Positions 50,201 through 64,000 of a stretch of 64,000 bases of DNA are shown piece after piece. The stretch lies in assembly GCA_036172245.1 (NCBI GenBank), contig JAYWIR010000068.1:62001-126000 (forward strand). Reading direction: 5' to 3'. The stretch is from Raillietiella orientalis. Lineage: Eukaryota. The position numbers were made by a program, and so were the translations under genes. Each line of letters begins with the position of its first letter. Within the stretch, counting starts at the first letter, position 1. Under the pieces are notes generated by a model that worked only from the letters and a program-made list of their open reading frames with translations, had not been told where the DNA came from and made no database searches.

Positions 50201-53200
50201 CTTGAAAGAACACCTCAGTAGCAGACACACGTGTCCGCGTCACGAGCGGAGCTCTCGTGCACGGGTGGTACGTTCGGTTTCCTCGTGTGATGAATTGGCT
50301 CAATGCATTCCGACCGTCCGTGGTGCGTTCTAAAGAGGGAACGAAAATGGTGACATGACGTAGGATACGAGTGCTCGGGAAAAAAAGAGGAAAATTCCTC
50401 TCAACCACGGAAGACAGCAAAGTAACAGAAACTGCTCGATTGCGTTTACGAGATGTTCCATCTCAATATAAGAAGACCCTGATGGGAACGCTCAGTGGAG
50501 CTCACTTGGCCCCTCGTTTCAAGGGATCGGATTCCTTGTGCTTCCAGCCGACTACATTTTATATGGAACTTCTTTTCCACGTGTCAGTCAGTCGTCGTTT
50601 AAAGTGCACTTGGGAGGGGGGGAGAAAGAAAAAAAAAAAAAAAGGAAAAAAATCCTTTCGAGACTTTAGGAAAGGTAGGGAACCTTCGGAATATTGCAAA
50701 AAAAAAAAAAAAAAACAACCTTTTAACCGATGCGATCTCAGAGGCTGTTATTGATTTTATAAATAACACATACATTGAAATGTACATTGAAAATGGAAAA
50801 TTTTCCATTTGTAAAAAGCACACACACAGACACACACATCCAGTGACTTAATGAAATCATTTCATTTGGGCGCTTGTCATCGAAAGGTGCTGTTCAGTCA
50901 GAAGGGTCATTCAAAATGGGATGGGGAGAGGGGAAGGGGATGGGGGGGGGGAGATAAAATAAAAATAAAAAACGAAAAAGATGAAAAAACAAAAACGTGT
51001 AGCGAAAATTCTCTATTCGGAACGAACACCGACGTCACAACAACTGGACCGCGTGCAGTCCACACTGTCGTTGTACGGCCAGTGGACCCGGCGAATGGTG
51101 TTTCAAGCGACAAGGGGAAGCCCCGATTCCTCGGAAGAAAAAAAAAAACAGCTCCTAAGGTTGCTTCAGAGGAGACACACCATAAGAAACACCCTTGCAC
51201 ATCTTAATGGGTGCGCGGTCTCGTTTTAACCCCCTTTATAGTCGGAAAAGGTGAGAAATGGAAATGTGCGTACAATGCAAAGTCGCAAAGCGTTCTGTGA
51301 AACGCGAGTTGGGTCCACAACTTGCTTCAATCACCTTAGGATTTTGTTGATTTTTTGGCGAACAGAAGATAGCCGGGAATTTTTCACATGACCTCCATTT
51401 GTTATCTTCTGCACATTAAGTTCCGTTTGCTCTTTGCCGGTTGCTCGTTTCAGTGCATGCTCACCTCATGGGGACCTCAGTTTCATCCGACGCAGCTCCT
51501 CTTCAGATCCAAACCAAAATGAAGTTTGCTTCAAGACGACTTTCATTTAGAAAACAGGAAACAGTTTCGGATTTCGTTTTTTTTTTTTTTTTTTTTCTTC
51601 CTTCTTTCCATCGAAACGAATTGCACCGCTCACGGGAGTCCACTCGAAGTGGTTGGGCACGGTGTGTATGCATGTGGTAACGGTGAAGTTCTGTCGTGTT
51701 CCCTGGCAACCTCACATCCGAGACGTTTTCCCACTTCAGAAGAGATGCTTCTTTGGGCTCCTCGATCTCGATCAGATCCTGCGCTACGGACTCATCGTCT
51801 GAACATGTTCCTACTGGCCACGTTATCAGCTCGAAGATCACAAATGGGAAAACGTCATTCGGGATTAAAACGTGAATTCTGCAAAACTCGAACTCACGTA
51901 GGCGCTTGCAAAAGTCATCCAGGTTTTGAGCATTCGAAAGTTTGCATATATTTTATTTTTTTTTTTCTTCTCATGTGCATGATCAAAACTTGAGTCTGGA
52001 CCCCGGTTTTGTTCAATCGAAAACGCGTATGTGGTGGCAGAGAGCTTGCAGTGCTAAAGATGAAATACCATGCCAGAATCAGCTCCTTTCAGGTTACATT
52101 ACACAGGAAGCTCTCATGGCAAATAAATTGTAAATCCACTTTGTTTTTTTCCTTGTCCTCCTTTTGTTTTCTTGAATCCACAGAAGAATCTATCTTCGAA
52201 CAGCGAATAGAGAGAACCCTATAACTCTTTTAAACGCCGAGTGTTTCATTGGTTTCCGAAACTTCAAATACGCTAACTGTATTTACATTTCTCTATTTTT
52301 CTTCTTATTTACATACAGATTCTCCAAAAAGAAAGTCTCCATTCCAATCGCAGAAAGATTCGATCGTGTAATGCAACCTTCTCAGCATCCGTAGGAATAG
52401 CAAATCTGCTAAACTTTGTAGAAAGTATAAATGGCAACATGTGCTTAGAAATGCATACGAGTAGGAACAAGCAAGATCCTTCGATGAATTGGTGTCTCAC
52501 CTGGGGACCCACTACTTGTACATGTACCGACCATGTTGAAAGTAATCTTGAGGCATTGGATGTGTACACACATGTATTCGTGTGCTTGACACTTCCTGAA
52601 GCGGATCCATTCATTGCAAAAATGAACGATTCGTAAAAAGGAAATCCCCGAAACTTCAATTTTCAGGACGTTTCCCCCCTCCAGCGCAAGATAGGGAGTC
52701 ACAGGGAGACGGGAAAAGACTCGTGGGTGAGCACTGAACGCCTACCGTTGTAACATTCGGTGGACGAAATGGGTGGAAGGTTTTTCTGAAACTGTGGACT
52801 TGAATTCGGACTCCTGAAAGGAAAGCTGCAATTGGTGGTATGTTAGCAAGAGCACACCGGTAATGCAAACGAAAAAATAAAACCCCAAGAGAGACTTTAA
52901 ATGAAGCAAAGGGACGATAAACTTCTGAAGAGGAATCTGGGAATCTGAAAACAGTTTTGAGAAATGGACACTCAAATTCACTGTGATTGCATCAACTGTA
53001 CGGATGAGCAAGTTGTGAGCAAACAAAAGTTCGTTCCAGCTAAAATCTGTAGATGGAATCAGTACGTGCCGAATAGACGCTTGTTAACGTTGTTCTTGTG
53101 AAGGAGTGGCAGGAAGAAACTCCCACGGATGAAGCACATTCGAATGATGCAGATTTGACGATTTCGAATTTTGTAATCTGAAAAGATACTTCAATCGATT

Positions 53201-53908
53201 GTTTCGTCCGGTACAGGAAAGCACGGTTTACTAAAATCCACTGCGAGAGAATAAAGATTTCTCCCATGTTCTACAGAATGTTAGCATCTCTTCTGACTAT
53301 CCAAGGAGTTCCAGGCAGCTTTTTTGTTTGCAAATGATCCTATTTTCCTTTCTTCGACGGGATCGAAAGTATGAATCGATGGACCTAAGTTTAACTGCTC
53401 TGTGGCCGTTTTGGCTGCTAGGGTATTACAAGAGCTATGCATTCTTACGAGGATAACTGGATGGAAGAAAAGAAAAAAAATCCTCCACTGTGTGGAAGTA
53501 ATTTTTGGAACATGTGGAATTGTGTAAAAGAGTAGAATGGAATCGGTCAATGAGACCTTACAAAGATTTCTGCGGTCAAATAACAACCTACACGATTTTC
53601 AACAAATACAACTATTTGTTTACGTTTCGCTGTGTACAAATCAAAAACTGCTACTTTTGCATTCATCTTTGAGAAATTAATTTCCTATTTGCGTTGCACA
53701 TTTCAGTTCAGTTTGACAACTGCGCATGTCTTTGTGGGGTTCGTCACATGAGGTAGCCGCCATTGTCACCTGTGCATAAATGGTTTGAGTGACTGAGTTG
53801 CTTATAATAAACTGTTTTGCATAAACCAAGTTGAGGGTGTAATTTTCATATTGCATTTGGAAAAACTGTAAAAGTTCTATTTGAAACTTTTGACTGCTAA
53901 TTCTGGTA

Positions 53909-56900
53909 ATGTCTGGAGTTCCTAGCGTAGATCAGGTAAGAAAGTGATGACATTGTATAATTGTTCATCCTTTAGGTTATAATATCTCTGCAAAAACAAC
54001 ATGTGAAGCGTGACATCAGACCGAAAACTCTGTGCATATCTTACCGAGTTTCTTGAAATTAGTGCTCGTTTTTCTTTTTTTGTTTTTTTAAATAAAATCG
54101 TAAAGATGTCAGTGATAAGTGAAAATAAGTTCTTCATGGATATTTCTGTTACTGCCGTGTTTGAGTAGCGAGGTTGTGTGCTCTTCCGTAGTAATGATTT
54201 GAACCATCTTTTAATAAAGATGTAATATCGTAAGCCGGTTTTTTGTTCGTAGTAAGTGGTAAGATGGTAAAGTTTAGAGGCCGCTTAAGTTTTTCCAAGA
54301 TGGTGACATTGAGGTTCGGTTTCCAGAGCAAAATATATGCCGCTTCTAATGATTATGAAAAAGAATGTGTTCCATTGGGTGCGTTCTATGTTTAGCTCCA
54401 AATTTCATATGTTTAGGACAAATGTTTTGATCAGTATTTGCTAGATCAGTATTTGTTTCGTGGATGTGTTCATGATGATCAGTACAGGAGATTCAGGTTT
54501 TCATTCTGTTATCGATTCCACCCAAACTATATTATGGTTCTAAAATCTGGTGTGATAATTATGTAAAAACGAAGTTTTGTGATATTGCATTTAGAAAGTT
54601 AGTATAAGAAATTTTGTGTCACGTGTGACATTATGTTTGTACATAAATGCATGTGTGTTGGTGCATGTGAGGACTTGAATGAGAGCATCCTTTTCTATGT
54701 TTTTAAATGTTTCAAATCTAGTGTATGGTTATTCGACATAACCCGTGGCCTTTAAAAATGAAAGTCAGGTATCTTATTTCAAATTGTAGATTTTGTGATT
54801 ACACTTTTGAAGTTTCCTTATTTGCAAATTTTTTTTACACACATCGGGTTTTTGAATTGCTGTTGCAAATCAAGTACTTTGAAAAATAGAATCTGCAAGT
54901 TTTGCTTCGGTTTTAATGATTGAGTGAATGGAATGTTTAATGTGATTGTTTATGTGAATATGGTGTTTACTTCATTACAGTTTTCAAGTGCTTGTGTTTG
55001 ATCTATCATGTTGATTCATAGCATTCATGTACCCATCTGTGATTTCTTTAGTTTTACATCACAGAATGCAACTGAACTATCTGCCTTGCAATTCGTTTTC
55101 AGTGTTACGAATTTGCATTAATTATGTGTGTCTATACTTAATAAGTGTGTGTAACGTATATTTGAGTTTGGAGATGAAAACTGAGCACTATTCATAATTG
55201 TTGTAATCTGTCAGTAATGAGAATAATGAGAGTAAGCAATCATTTCTTTAGTGTTTTTCAAGAGTGATCCTTGAATTGATTTGTAAGTTTACTGAAACTG
55301 TAAAAAAAACAAACTATCAAATATGTTTCAGTGGGTATAAGGGTATTAAGCTTTCGTCAATTAATGTATTAGCTCGAATTGAATAGACTTACGTTGACTG
55401 TTTTAATGAAATAACTCGGGCGTTTTTCTGATAATTGTTAATGGAAATGTAAATTGTTAACTGTAAAAATGGTAAATTAAGTATTGGTGTCATGTTCAAA
55501 TGTTTCCTTATTTAATTATGTTTTATTTGAATCTTTCTTCATTATCACAACCTTTTCATAACCCATGTGAACAGAGAATCAAAGGACATGGACAAGGTAA
55601 AGGATAAGATTTCCTTTCATTCAGATGTAGGCTGTTCGTTTATTTTAGCACATCCTGCAAATAAAGATGGCATAGCTGAACATGAAGAATTTGATGCGTG
55701 GAGAGGGATACATCATCAGGTTATTTGATTTGTGCTTCTTTAAAATTTTATGAATAAAAAGTTTTTCTTGTGTGAATATTTGGTATTTGAATGACAGTAA
55801 TATAATTATATGGTTGGGATGAAAACACATTTTTATAGATATTTGCTGTCAGTATATGTAATAGGGGTGTCCGTTTGTTGTCTGTGTGGTTATAATGGTT
55901 GTCACTTCAGCCTTTGTAAACTGTTTTGTGAACAATAAAAGGTTTGCAAAAAATCGGTTTGCAAGAAGTCTTGACAGTTTTTGAAAAAAAACACAATGAA
56001 AGCACGTAATTTGGAATGTGCTGTTAGCATTTATAAATGCAGTGTTTGTAAGTGCACATGATGAAAGAAAAAAAAATATATTAAATCCATGTTCCATGGT
56101 TATGTTGGTTGCATCTGCAATTAGGTAAACGTGTTGGTATGTAACATAAGTATGTAACAAATATTAGCTCATGCAAATGCATGATTGAAATGATGAAAAT
56201 CAAATTCAGGGTTGCATCATGGTTTGCATTTTGACAGAAACTCGAACACTGCTCATTATTTTGAATACATTATGAAAGTGAATGAATAAAGCAACTTAAG
56301 CATGGTGATATAAATTTGCAGCAGTAAATGTCTGTTAATGTTTTGCAATGAATGTTCTTAATTCGAAATGCATGCATAAGTTTCTTGATGATTGTTTCTT
56401 AATTTGAGTGATCACAATAAAAACAAGAACCTCAAATTGAAGAGTGGCTTTTCCCATTTTAATTTTATGTACTGAAAGCAAACTTAGATTGGAAACAAAG
56501 GTTGTGCTAACATTTTGTAACTTTTGAAGTCTTGTAATGAAATTCTGAAACAGCAAAGTTTGGACAATTCAAGCTAAAATACGCGAGCCGATGAGTTTGC
56601 ATGCCTGTGTGATTGTTTTGTAGGAATGAGAAAGCATTTTTATACATGGTAATTATCTAGAGGCTTGCTGTCACAGTACCATGTTTTGTCTGATGCGTCT
56701 CTTATTGCAAAGTACCATACAATTTTTTTCTTTTCAAAGTATTTGTGCCATATGGCAACTCTTTAAAATATATCTTTGCAGAAGTACTTTTAATTCATTG
56801 AATTGCGTAATCTCATTCTTATTTTGCCTGCAGTTTCAAAGTGAACAAGTATATTTGCATTCATCAAAAAAACACACTGATCAGTTCAGGATATGCATAG

Positions 56901-59900
56901 CTGTACTTGTTTATCTTAAGTTCATTGTAAAGTTGGTTTTGTTTTTTGCATCTGTGTAAATTGTAAACTCATTAAAATAGTATGTGCATGAATTAAGAAG
57001 TGAACTTTCAGTATTGGAAATTGTGCTGGGTGATTTGCAAAGCTGTGAATTTAATTCTTCATGCAGGTCAACTTTGCCATTAAATCAGAGGTTTTTTTGT
57101 TTGTTTGTTTTTCTTTAGTATTTGCTAGTTAATCTAGGTGTACTGTTTTGATTCAGCTTATTTGATGGTTGAGATTTCTCCAGTGACTGTCTGATGAATA
57201 CTTCAATTTCATTAGCAAATACTCATCCTTAAAATTCATTCAATGGAGCTCTAAAGTGCCAAATTCAGTTAGAGAATTTTCCTATCCCTTGGTTCTTATA
57301 AGGCAACATTTAAACTAACATTTTTTGCCACTGTTGTGTTCACAAGTTACATAGATGAAGTAAATTTCTAAAGCGAGAAGCATGCTTGTATTTCTGTTTT
57401 TTATCATCATCATTGTTCATGTTAGTCAAAGTTATTCATTTGTTCAAAATAAGTTAATTATGGTCCTTGCACATAATAGGATAATGGCCATGTATACTTA
57501 GCCATAAAAGTATGTATCATTAGGCAGCCTATCAGTTCAGTTGCCTCCCTCCAATTCTGAATGCTTTTTGTTCAAGGAGCTTCTCAAGCTCTAAATTCCT
57601 ATAAACTGTTTCCCAATGTTCCATGTCTCCTAATCTTTTTTGAGCCGGCGATTTATTGGTTCTCACGAGTTTTTGGTATTGCATTGATGGTTTTACAATC
57701 AAGAGCAATTCTCGAGAACAAAGGGAATTTCACTGTTGTTCAAGTAATGGTGCACATGGATCGCGAGATGCCATCACCTTATTAGGACTGTTGTTTTAGA
57801 TGTAGTTTTAAATGAGAAAATATTGTGTCGTAAATAAACTGGTGTCTGTATTCATTCAATTCTTTGGGTTAGGGTAATAATCATTTTTGAATACTGACAA
57901 ATCGGTAAAATTTATTTTTAGAGTTATGGTCCTCCATTATCGACGTCTATGTCAGATCCATACATGCCAAATTATTATGGGGCATCTTTTCCCTATCAAA
58001 CATTTGGAGTTGGTGATGGTGCATGGTCCAATGGTGGTGATCCAATTACTTACTCCTGGAGTGTTAGTGGACAAATGGGGCATGACTCCTATAACATGGA
58101 TGGTGTTTTTGGACCACCAGGAAGTTTCGGAAGTTTTGGACAACCTGGATATAATTACGGATTTCATGGAAGTGGTGACTTTTCTGCTTGGGGAGCTTCT
58201 AATATTAGAAGAAATCATTATGATGATCATTATCCTGATCGTATTTATGGACATAATGACAGAGGGAATATCAAAGCAGTAGAACAGGGTATGCAAGGAA
58301 TAAGTATTACGGATAAAAAAGATCATAAAGAACTGATTGGGAAGGATATAAGAATGGATATAACAGGAATCAATACACAAAAAAAAACTACTTGGGCTAG
58401 CATTGCAAGTCAACCAGCTCGACCCCAACCTTTAAAAGCAAAAAAACTAGGTTTAGGACCTTCACCTGTGATCCCTGGAAAACATATTGATATTGGAACT
58501 TGGGAATCCAAAAATGGGGGGAAATGTAATGTGATACCACCAGCAGCTACATCCCGCCCAACCTGGATAGCTCCAAGAGGACGTGGTATTCCCCCATCAT
58601 ATATGGCCCCTCCTTCTTTGCAACTTTTACAGCCTAACAGCATAACTGCATCTGCTACAATTGCAAATCCCATTTTAGATGACCTAAAACTGAGAAATGA
58701 GTATAATCCAAAAGAGTTTGACTTGAATCCAAAAGGTGCAAGGTATTTTGTGATTAAAAGTTACTCAGAAGATGATATCCATCGATCTATTAAGTATGAG
58801 ATTTGGTGTAGTACTGAGCATGGAAATAAAAGACTGGATACTGCTTTCCGTGAAAGAGAAGGAAAAGGCCCTATTTATTTATATTTTTCTGTTAATGGTT
58901 CTGGACATTTTTGTGGAATGGCTCAAATGGCTAGTGCTGTGGATTATAATTCTTCCAGTTCAGTGTGGGCTCAGGACAAATGGAAAGGACAGTTCAAAGT
59001 GAAATGGATATATGTTAAAGATCTTCCGAATTCACAATTACGTCATATTAGATTAGAAAACAATGAGAACAAGCCTGTGACTAACAGTCGTGACACCCAA
59101 GAAATTCCTCCCGAAAAAGGAAAGCAAGTTTTAAAAATAATTCATGTTTATAAACATTCAACCTCAATCTTTGATGATTTTGTTCATTATGAGAAACGAC
59201 AGGAAGAGGAAGATGCACGTCGATTGTCTAATGAGAGCCCCATTAGCAATTCTACTAGCATCATAAAGGTGTGTAATTTTTGAAAAATGTTTGTCTTTAC
59301 ATTCTGATTCAGTATGCTTGCTAATAATCTTGATCTGAGAGGGTATTGTGTATGAGTACTCACAGATGATTAGGTTTGCAGATCATTTTGCTTTTATGTG
59401 TGTGTGCTAGGTATGTTGTAAATTTTGACATGACTGTCATTGATATGTGTGCTGTTGGTTCAAGTTGTGATCCAAGTGACTTAAGAAAATGTGGATAAGG
59501 CACTGTTGGGTTGGGATTTCGATTTTTCATTTTTTTCGATTTTGTTTTTCAAAAGTTCCTGAGCTCAGGAAACTAATTCTCAATACAAAAAAAGGTAAAT
59601 TTGAAAAACATAAATGAACCTACTTTGCAGATTTCTCTTGGATATTGTCTTGATTTCCAAGTTTAAAGATTGAGAACTTCTCCCAGTGTTTTTGTTGTTG
59701 GTTCACTGTTGTCACCTATCACATTTCTTATGAAATGTTTTGAGGAAATGTCGAAAATTCAAATTCTGAGAATGCACAAAATGATTTCAATATTCTTTAC
59801 TTGATTTCTTCAGATTTTGAAACTTCAAGTAAGGAAAATCCTTTTGGCACAAAAATTACAGTAATTACTTGTACGTTAAATTGTGCTTTACCTCAGGTGA

Positions 59901-62900
59901 TTGTGACTTCAGATGTTTGAAAGCTCACTGATCTGTAGTTTTCACACCAAAGAAGAAATGACAGTATTCTGTTAAAGTTGACACATATCAGCTTGTGAAT
60001 CAAAAAGGTGCCTGTGTAAAACTTTCCTTTGATTTCGAGTTTGTGTTAGGTATTTCATTTTTGGGGGGGGGGGGAGGGGGGTATTGATGGCACAAAAATT
60101 TGATTTAATAACGACTTACTAGTGAACAGTTTCACATGTTTTACTGCATAGCATTTCATTTAGTAAAACATGTAGAAGATGCTTTCTATTCAATCTCATA
60201 CGTCACATTTAGTGGAAAATTCTTTTGGTGATTTTTGGATCATCATGGTACACATTTCGTTTGTTGTAAAAAGAGTGGAGGTTTACCCAAGTAGTTATAG
60301 TGTTGTAGCTAAGACCTTTGCATTGCAGAAATAATACATAAGGAATGCTATCCAAAAGCAACCTTATAGAAGTTGTGTGTTGTGTCAGATGCTGTAAAAT
60401 CTGTTCTGATAAAGCTATCTATGTGGTAGGTTGTGTTGTAGAACAGCTTCATGTGGTAAATCACAAGTCATTAATGTCTTTGGTTCTTTTCTGTGATTTT
60501 TTGGTGAATGCTCAACTGACCGATTCTTCGCTGAATTATCTTTTTATTTTCCCAATCGCGTAACTGTTTTTTGGTGTCTTGTAAGTTACGTAGTTGCGAG
60601 TGATGAAAATATCCCATTTTCGTTTTTTATTCACGCGATGCTGCGTTCGAGTTTCCCACAGTCGGCTTGTTTGACGCCTGCATTTTCATCTCTGCTCCTC
60701 GCGTTTTGGGAGCGAAACATTGCATTCCAGTGCACGCTGCCCTTTGTGTAGAGAACGTGGCCTAACGTTTTTCACCTGTGTGCTGCCTGTTGAAGCACCC
60801 TTTTCGCTTCCATTGGAAGTTTTGCGTGAGTTTTCCAACACACAGCGCACGTGGTTCCCGGAATGCAGTCTTCACGTTTCCTTACTTCCGGGTTCGTTTC
60901 GTTCCCGGTTCACGCCGGGGGGTGTCGCGGAGAGGTTCGTCTTCCGCGGCAGTCTCGTCATTGGGATGCATTTCGCCTTTCAGGTCGAGATCTGTGCGTT
61001 CGCTGTCGCGGAGTCGATGTTTTCCATAAACGAATCTTTTCTCTCCGTTTTCAATCGCAGTGGCGAAGTGAAAAGCCACGTAATTGTATCGTCGTGATTT
61101 CTCGCAGCGCGGCCTTTATTTCAGGTGCCCGAAACGGAGTGGTGCGGGGGAACACACGTTTTCTGAAAGCCTCCCGTTTCGATTTGGGGGACGTCGCCCT
61201 GTAGAGCGGGCGAGGCGTGGACGCAAGTCATCCTGAAAGCGTTCTTAGGAGATGCGTTTCCGCAAGTGGCCGGTTTCGCTTTCCTGCGTTCTCGGTCGAG
61301 GGTGTTTGTCTTCGTGAATTGCGATTGGGGAGGGGGGCGAAGTGTATCGGTGTGCTCGCAAGCGGATTCGATGGAATGGCACCGGAAAAGTGTTGGAGAA
61401 GGTCGGTCGTCCCTGCAGACGACGGCACGTGTTGTGGGGCGCCCCTCGCGTCCCCGCCGAGTGCGTTCCGTGCGCCCTTCTCCAAGACCCTCTTTCGGAA
61501 AGTGTGCTCTTACCCGTGCACGGATTCGTACACTCCTGGTCAAGGTCAAGCCAGATGTGGTTCACGTGCTTCATTTGTATTGGACTGTATTGTATCGGTC
61601 ATGGGATTGGATGGAGAAACGATTACAGACCGTCTCAGCGATATACGCGAATCACCGACGTCCGCCTCCTCTCGACACGGTTGCTCTTGGTGTTCTCTTT
61701 ACCGCATTCGTGACCTTTTTCCTGCTCACGTGGATTCCGGCCCTCGTTCCATTAGGGCCTACCATTCATTTCGGTTGATACAATGTAATTGATTGTATAT
61801 TCATGTGAAAAGCTCGGTTCCGTAACAGCACGACCGGTATTGACGGACCCTTCGCCGAGGAAGGTTTCGTTAGCCCCGTCCGTAAAGGTTTGTGTCAAAT
61901 TCGTGTTTTCGCTTACCTGCGGCACTCTCGTTCAGGTGTCCAAAGATGGGTAGGCCTTGACCTCGCAGTCGGTAAGGCTGCGTGATTCGCTTGCAGTTGT
62001 CGGATGGGATGATGGGCTTGGAACATCTCAGCGTGGTCGAGGTGCAGCGCCTCGCCTCGCTAGCAAAATCAACTACCAATTCAATATTGGTAGATGATTT
62101 TGAAATGTAAGGTATTTAGGGAGTTATTTTTTGTTGCCTGATGGTTTCTCCTGTGTTTGTGTGGGCGGGGCGCTCGTGTTTTCGTCTGTTTGCCGTACGA
62201 TCCTACCGACCGGCCGAGGGATCGTTTGCACCGTCCGAAAGGTGTGTTTCGTGTATGGCCGGAATGTGTGGAGTGTGCTTTCCGTGCACACCGTTTCTCT
62301 CCAGCGCTTCCTTGTGCTCAGCATCCTCTCCGGTTTGGCATCAGCGCGGAGGGAGGCGCGGGCGGGGTTCTCGCGTGGCGGATGGGTTCCCCACAGAGTG
62401 GTCACATTTTTTTTCCACCGCATCTCCCGTTCAAGTGGCACGCCGCAATCAACAGACGGCACGTGCCAGGCGCGTTCCCTTCTCGTGCCGAACGCTGAAT
62501 GCACCGTGGTGGTCCCCCCCCTCCCCCTTCCACCCCCCTCCCCCCCCTGCTCGAGGTTGCGGTGGTGGCCAACGCGTTCGTTTCACCACGTTTCCCCTTT
62601 GGTCTCTCCCGGTGCGCGCGGTCTTCCTCGTGGCGGTCCAAACGCCCGTCGGGCATAGCCGAGCACAGCGCGCGTCCTTCCGTCCCCTTCTCATTGCCCC
62701 GCGCTGCGGTCGTTTCCCCGCTCTCGGCGACCCAATTCGGGACCGAACGATTCCTTTCCCTTTTTTTCCTTTTTTTTTTGTTTTTTTCGACAAAAAATGT
62801 GTGCAGTGGCGTGGAAGTTTTTTTTTTTTTTCTTTTCCTTGCTGCGAGTGCCCGGTGTTTGGACAGAGGAATAACAGCGGTGTTTATGTGTTTCAGGAAG

Positions 62901-62944
62901 AACGTCACGACTCGAACAGAGGAAGAGGAAGAAATCGCAATTAA
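53909..62944 (+). CDS. YTHDF: YTH domain family protein (cytoplasmic m6A reader), about 504 aa
   Basis: Exons 53909-53935 (MSGVPSVDQ), 55575-55596 (RIKGHGQ), 55649-55719, 57922-59268 and probably 62897-62944 ([15 protein letters not shown]); 1,515 nt in frame, all GT-AG. YTH domain [34 protein letters not shown]...[10 protein letters not shown]...[10 protein letters not shown]-terminal [10 protein letters not shown] and [14 protein letters not shown] at 63625-63630. Large exon is certain; small exons are inferred. Confidence 0.92.
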
Positions 62945-63226
62945 GTTAAAAAGAGCGTCACGATGACTAGTTTGTGTAGATTCGATTCCTAGTTTCCTAA
63001 CTTTTTTGCTGTATATGTGTAATTGAAATTTTAAGTGCTCAGAATTGTTTACTTTTTTGCACCGATATTAGATATATTTGTTTAAGTAAAACGAATTTAA
63101 GATATTAAGATATTTCATATCTGTACTGCTTTATATAATGCTTTCTGAGTAAAGGTACTTTTATATGTGAAAGAAATCAAAGATATGTTTACCCGAATTT
63201 AAAAAAAAAAAAAGAGGAAAAAAAAA

Positions 63227-63252
63227 GAAAGAAGAAGAAGAAGAAGAAGAAG
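63227..63252. repeat. (AAG)n microsatellite in the putative YTHDF 3' UTR
   Basis: About eight AAG units following A-rich runs. Confidence 0.8.
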
Positions 63253-64000
63253 TATATATCAAGATTGTACCCATGACGAAATATCAGTTCTCTCCCCCTT
63301 ACTGTGTGAGCCTCAGTGATGACTGATGATGTTTTTGGGGATCACCTCACAAAAGTGAATCCGCGTGAAAGGTTTCAATGGACGGCGAAGACTCGAATCA
63401 CAAAAAAAAAAAAAAAAAAAGAAGAAAAAAAAGAAGAAGAGATTGCTAAACTCCTTCCCTAACGATGGTAACAGTTGCATTGGAAGCACTTCTGATATAG
63501 TTTATTATTGTACCTGGCACATGTGTTGTTTTTCTTTCTTTCTTTTTGGAAAATATAAAGCATTTGTTGCTGGAGTGCTGTATTGTTATGCTTAGCACTT
63601 GTTATATTATTGGACAAAGTAATCAATAAAAGAAAACGGCAAACGCTCGTTATTTGTCATTGTTCAGTGACCGCTTGTGCAGACCGGGTCACGGCCACCC
63701 TCGGGAAGGCAGGAGGTGAAGCCGCCGCTGCGGGCCACATGGAACCTTCCAGGTAAGGTGCTTTTCAAGTACAGTTTGCTTGCCGAGCTTTGCACTGCGA
63801 CACGCGCCGCCGTGGGGCTTCCTCTTCCTCCTCCTCCTCCTCCTTTTTCTTCTTCTTCTTCAGCAGCCCCCCCCCCCTTTTCGAGCAGGACGCGGGTGCG
63901 TTTGGGTGCCTCGGGCGCTTCCGAAGTGGTCCACTGGCCATGCCAGAGGACAAAGAGGTTCGGAGCAAACTTCCCGGTCGCTGCGGTAACCAAAAGGTGA

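Noticed and set aside
53200..53290. RT-like peptide NLYSLAVDFSK on minus strand
   Set aside because: Lacks the following AFD residues, and no other RT motifs were found nearby.
54465..54560. Intronic C/D-box snoRNA in YTHDF intron 1
   Set aside because: A C-box-like ATGATGA is present, but no D box (CTGA) or terminal stem at a suitable distance.

Overview
Animal genomic DNA, most likely an arthropod-type invertebrate (spliceosomal introns, insect-like Y14 and YTHDF sequences). It holds five spliced protein-coding genes: two near-identical head-to-head copies of RBM8A/Y14, a Gas1-like GPI-anchored protein, AMMECR1 (minus strand) and a YTHDF m6A reader. The two RBM8A copies sit in the arms of a 2,448-bp inverted duplication with a 1,641-bp spacer; this is the most striking structure in the window. 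Also present: a 5'-truncated, inactivated L1/Tx1-type retrotransposon bounded by an exact 16-bp direct repeat and ending in a non-poly(A) tail, an older diverged inverted repeat pair next to the duplication breakpoint, a small three-way hairpin element, a palindrome-rich 29-bp minisatellite and faint retroelement fossils. Composition alternates between CpG-poor housekeeping gene bodies and GC/CpG-rich DNA around Gas1. Everything was read by eye; no alignments or database searches were run.
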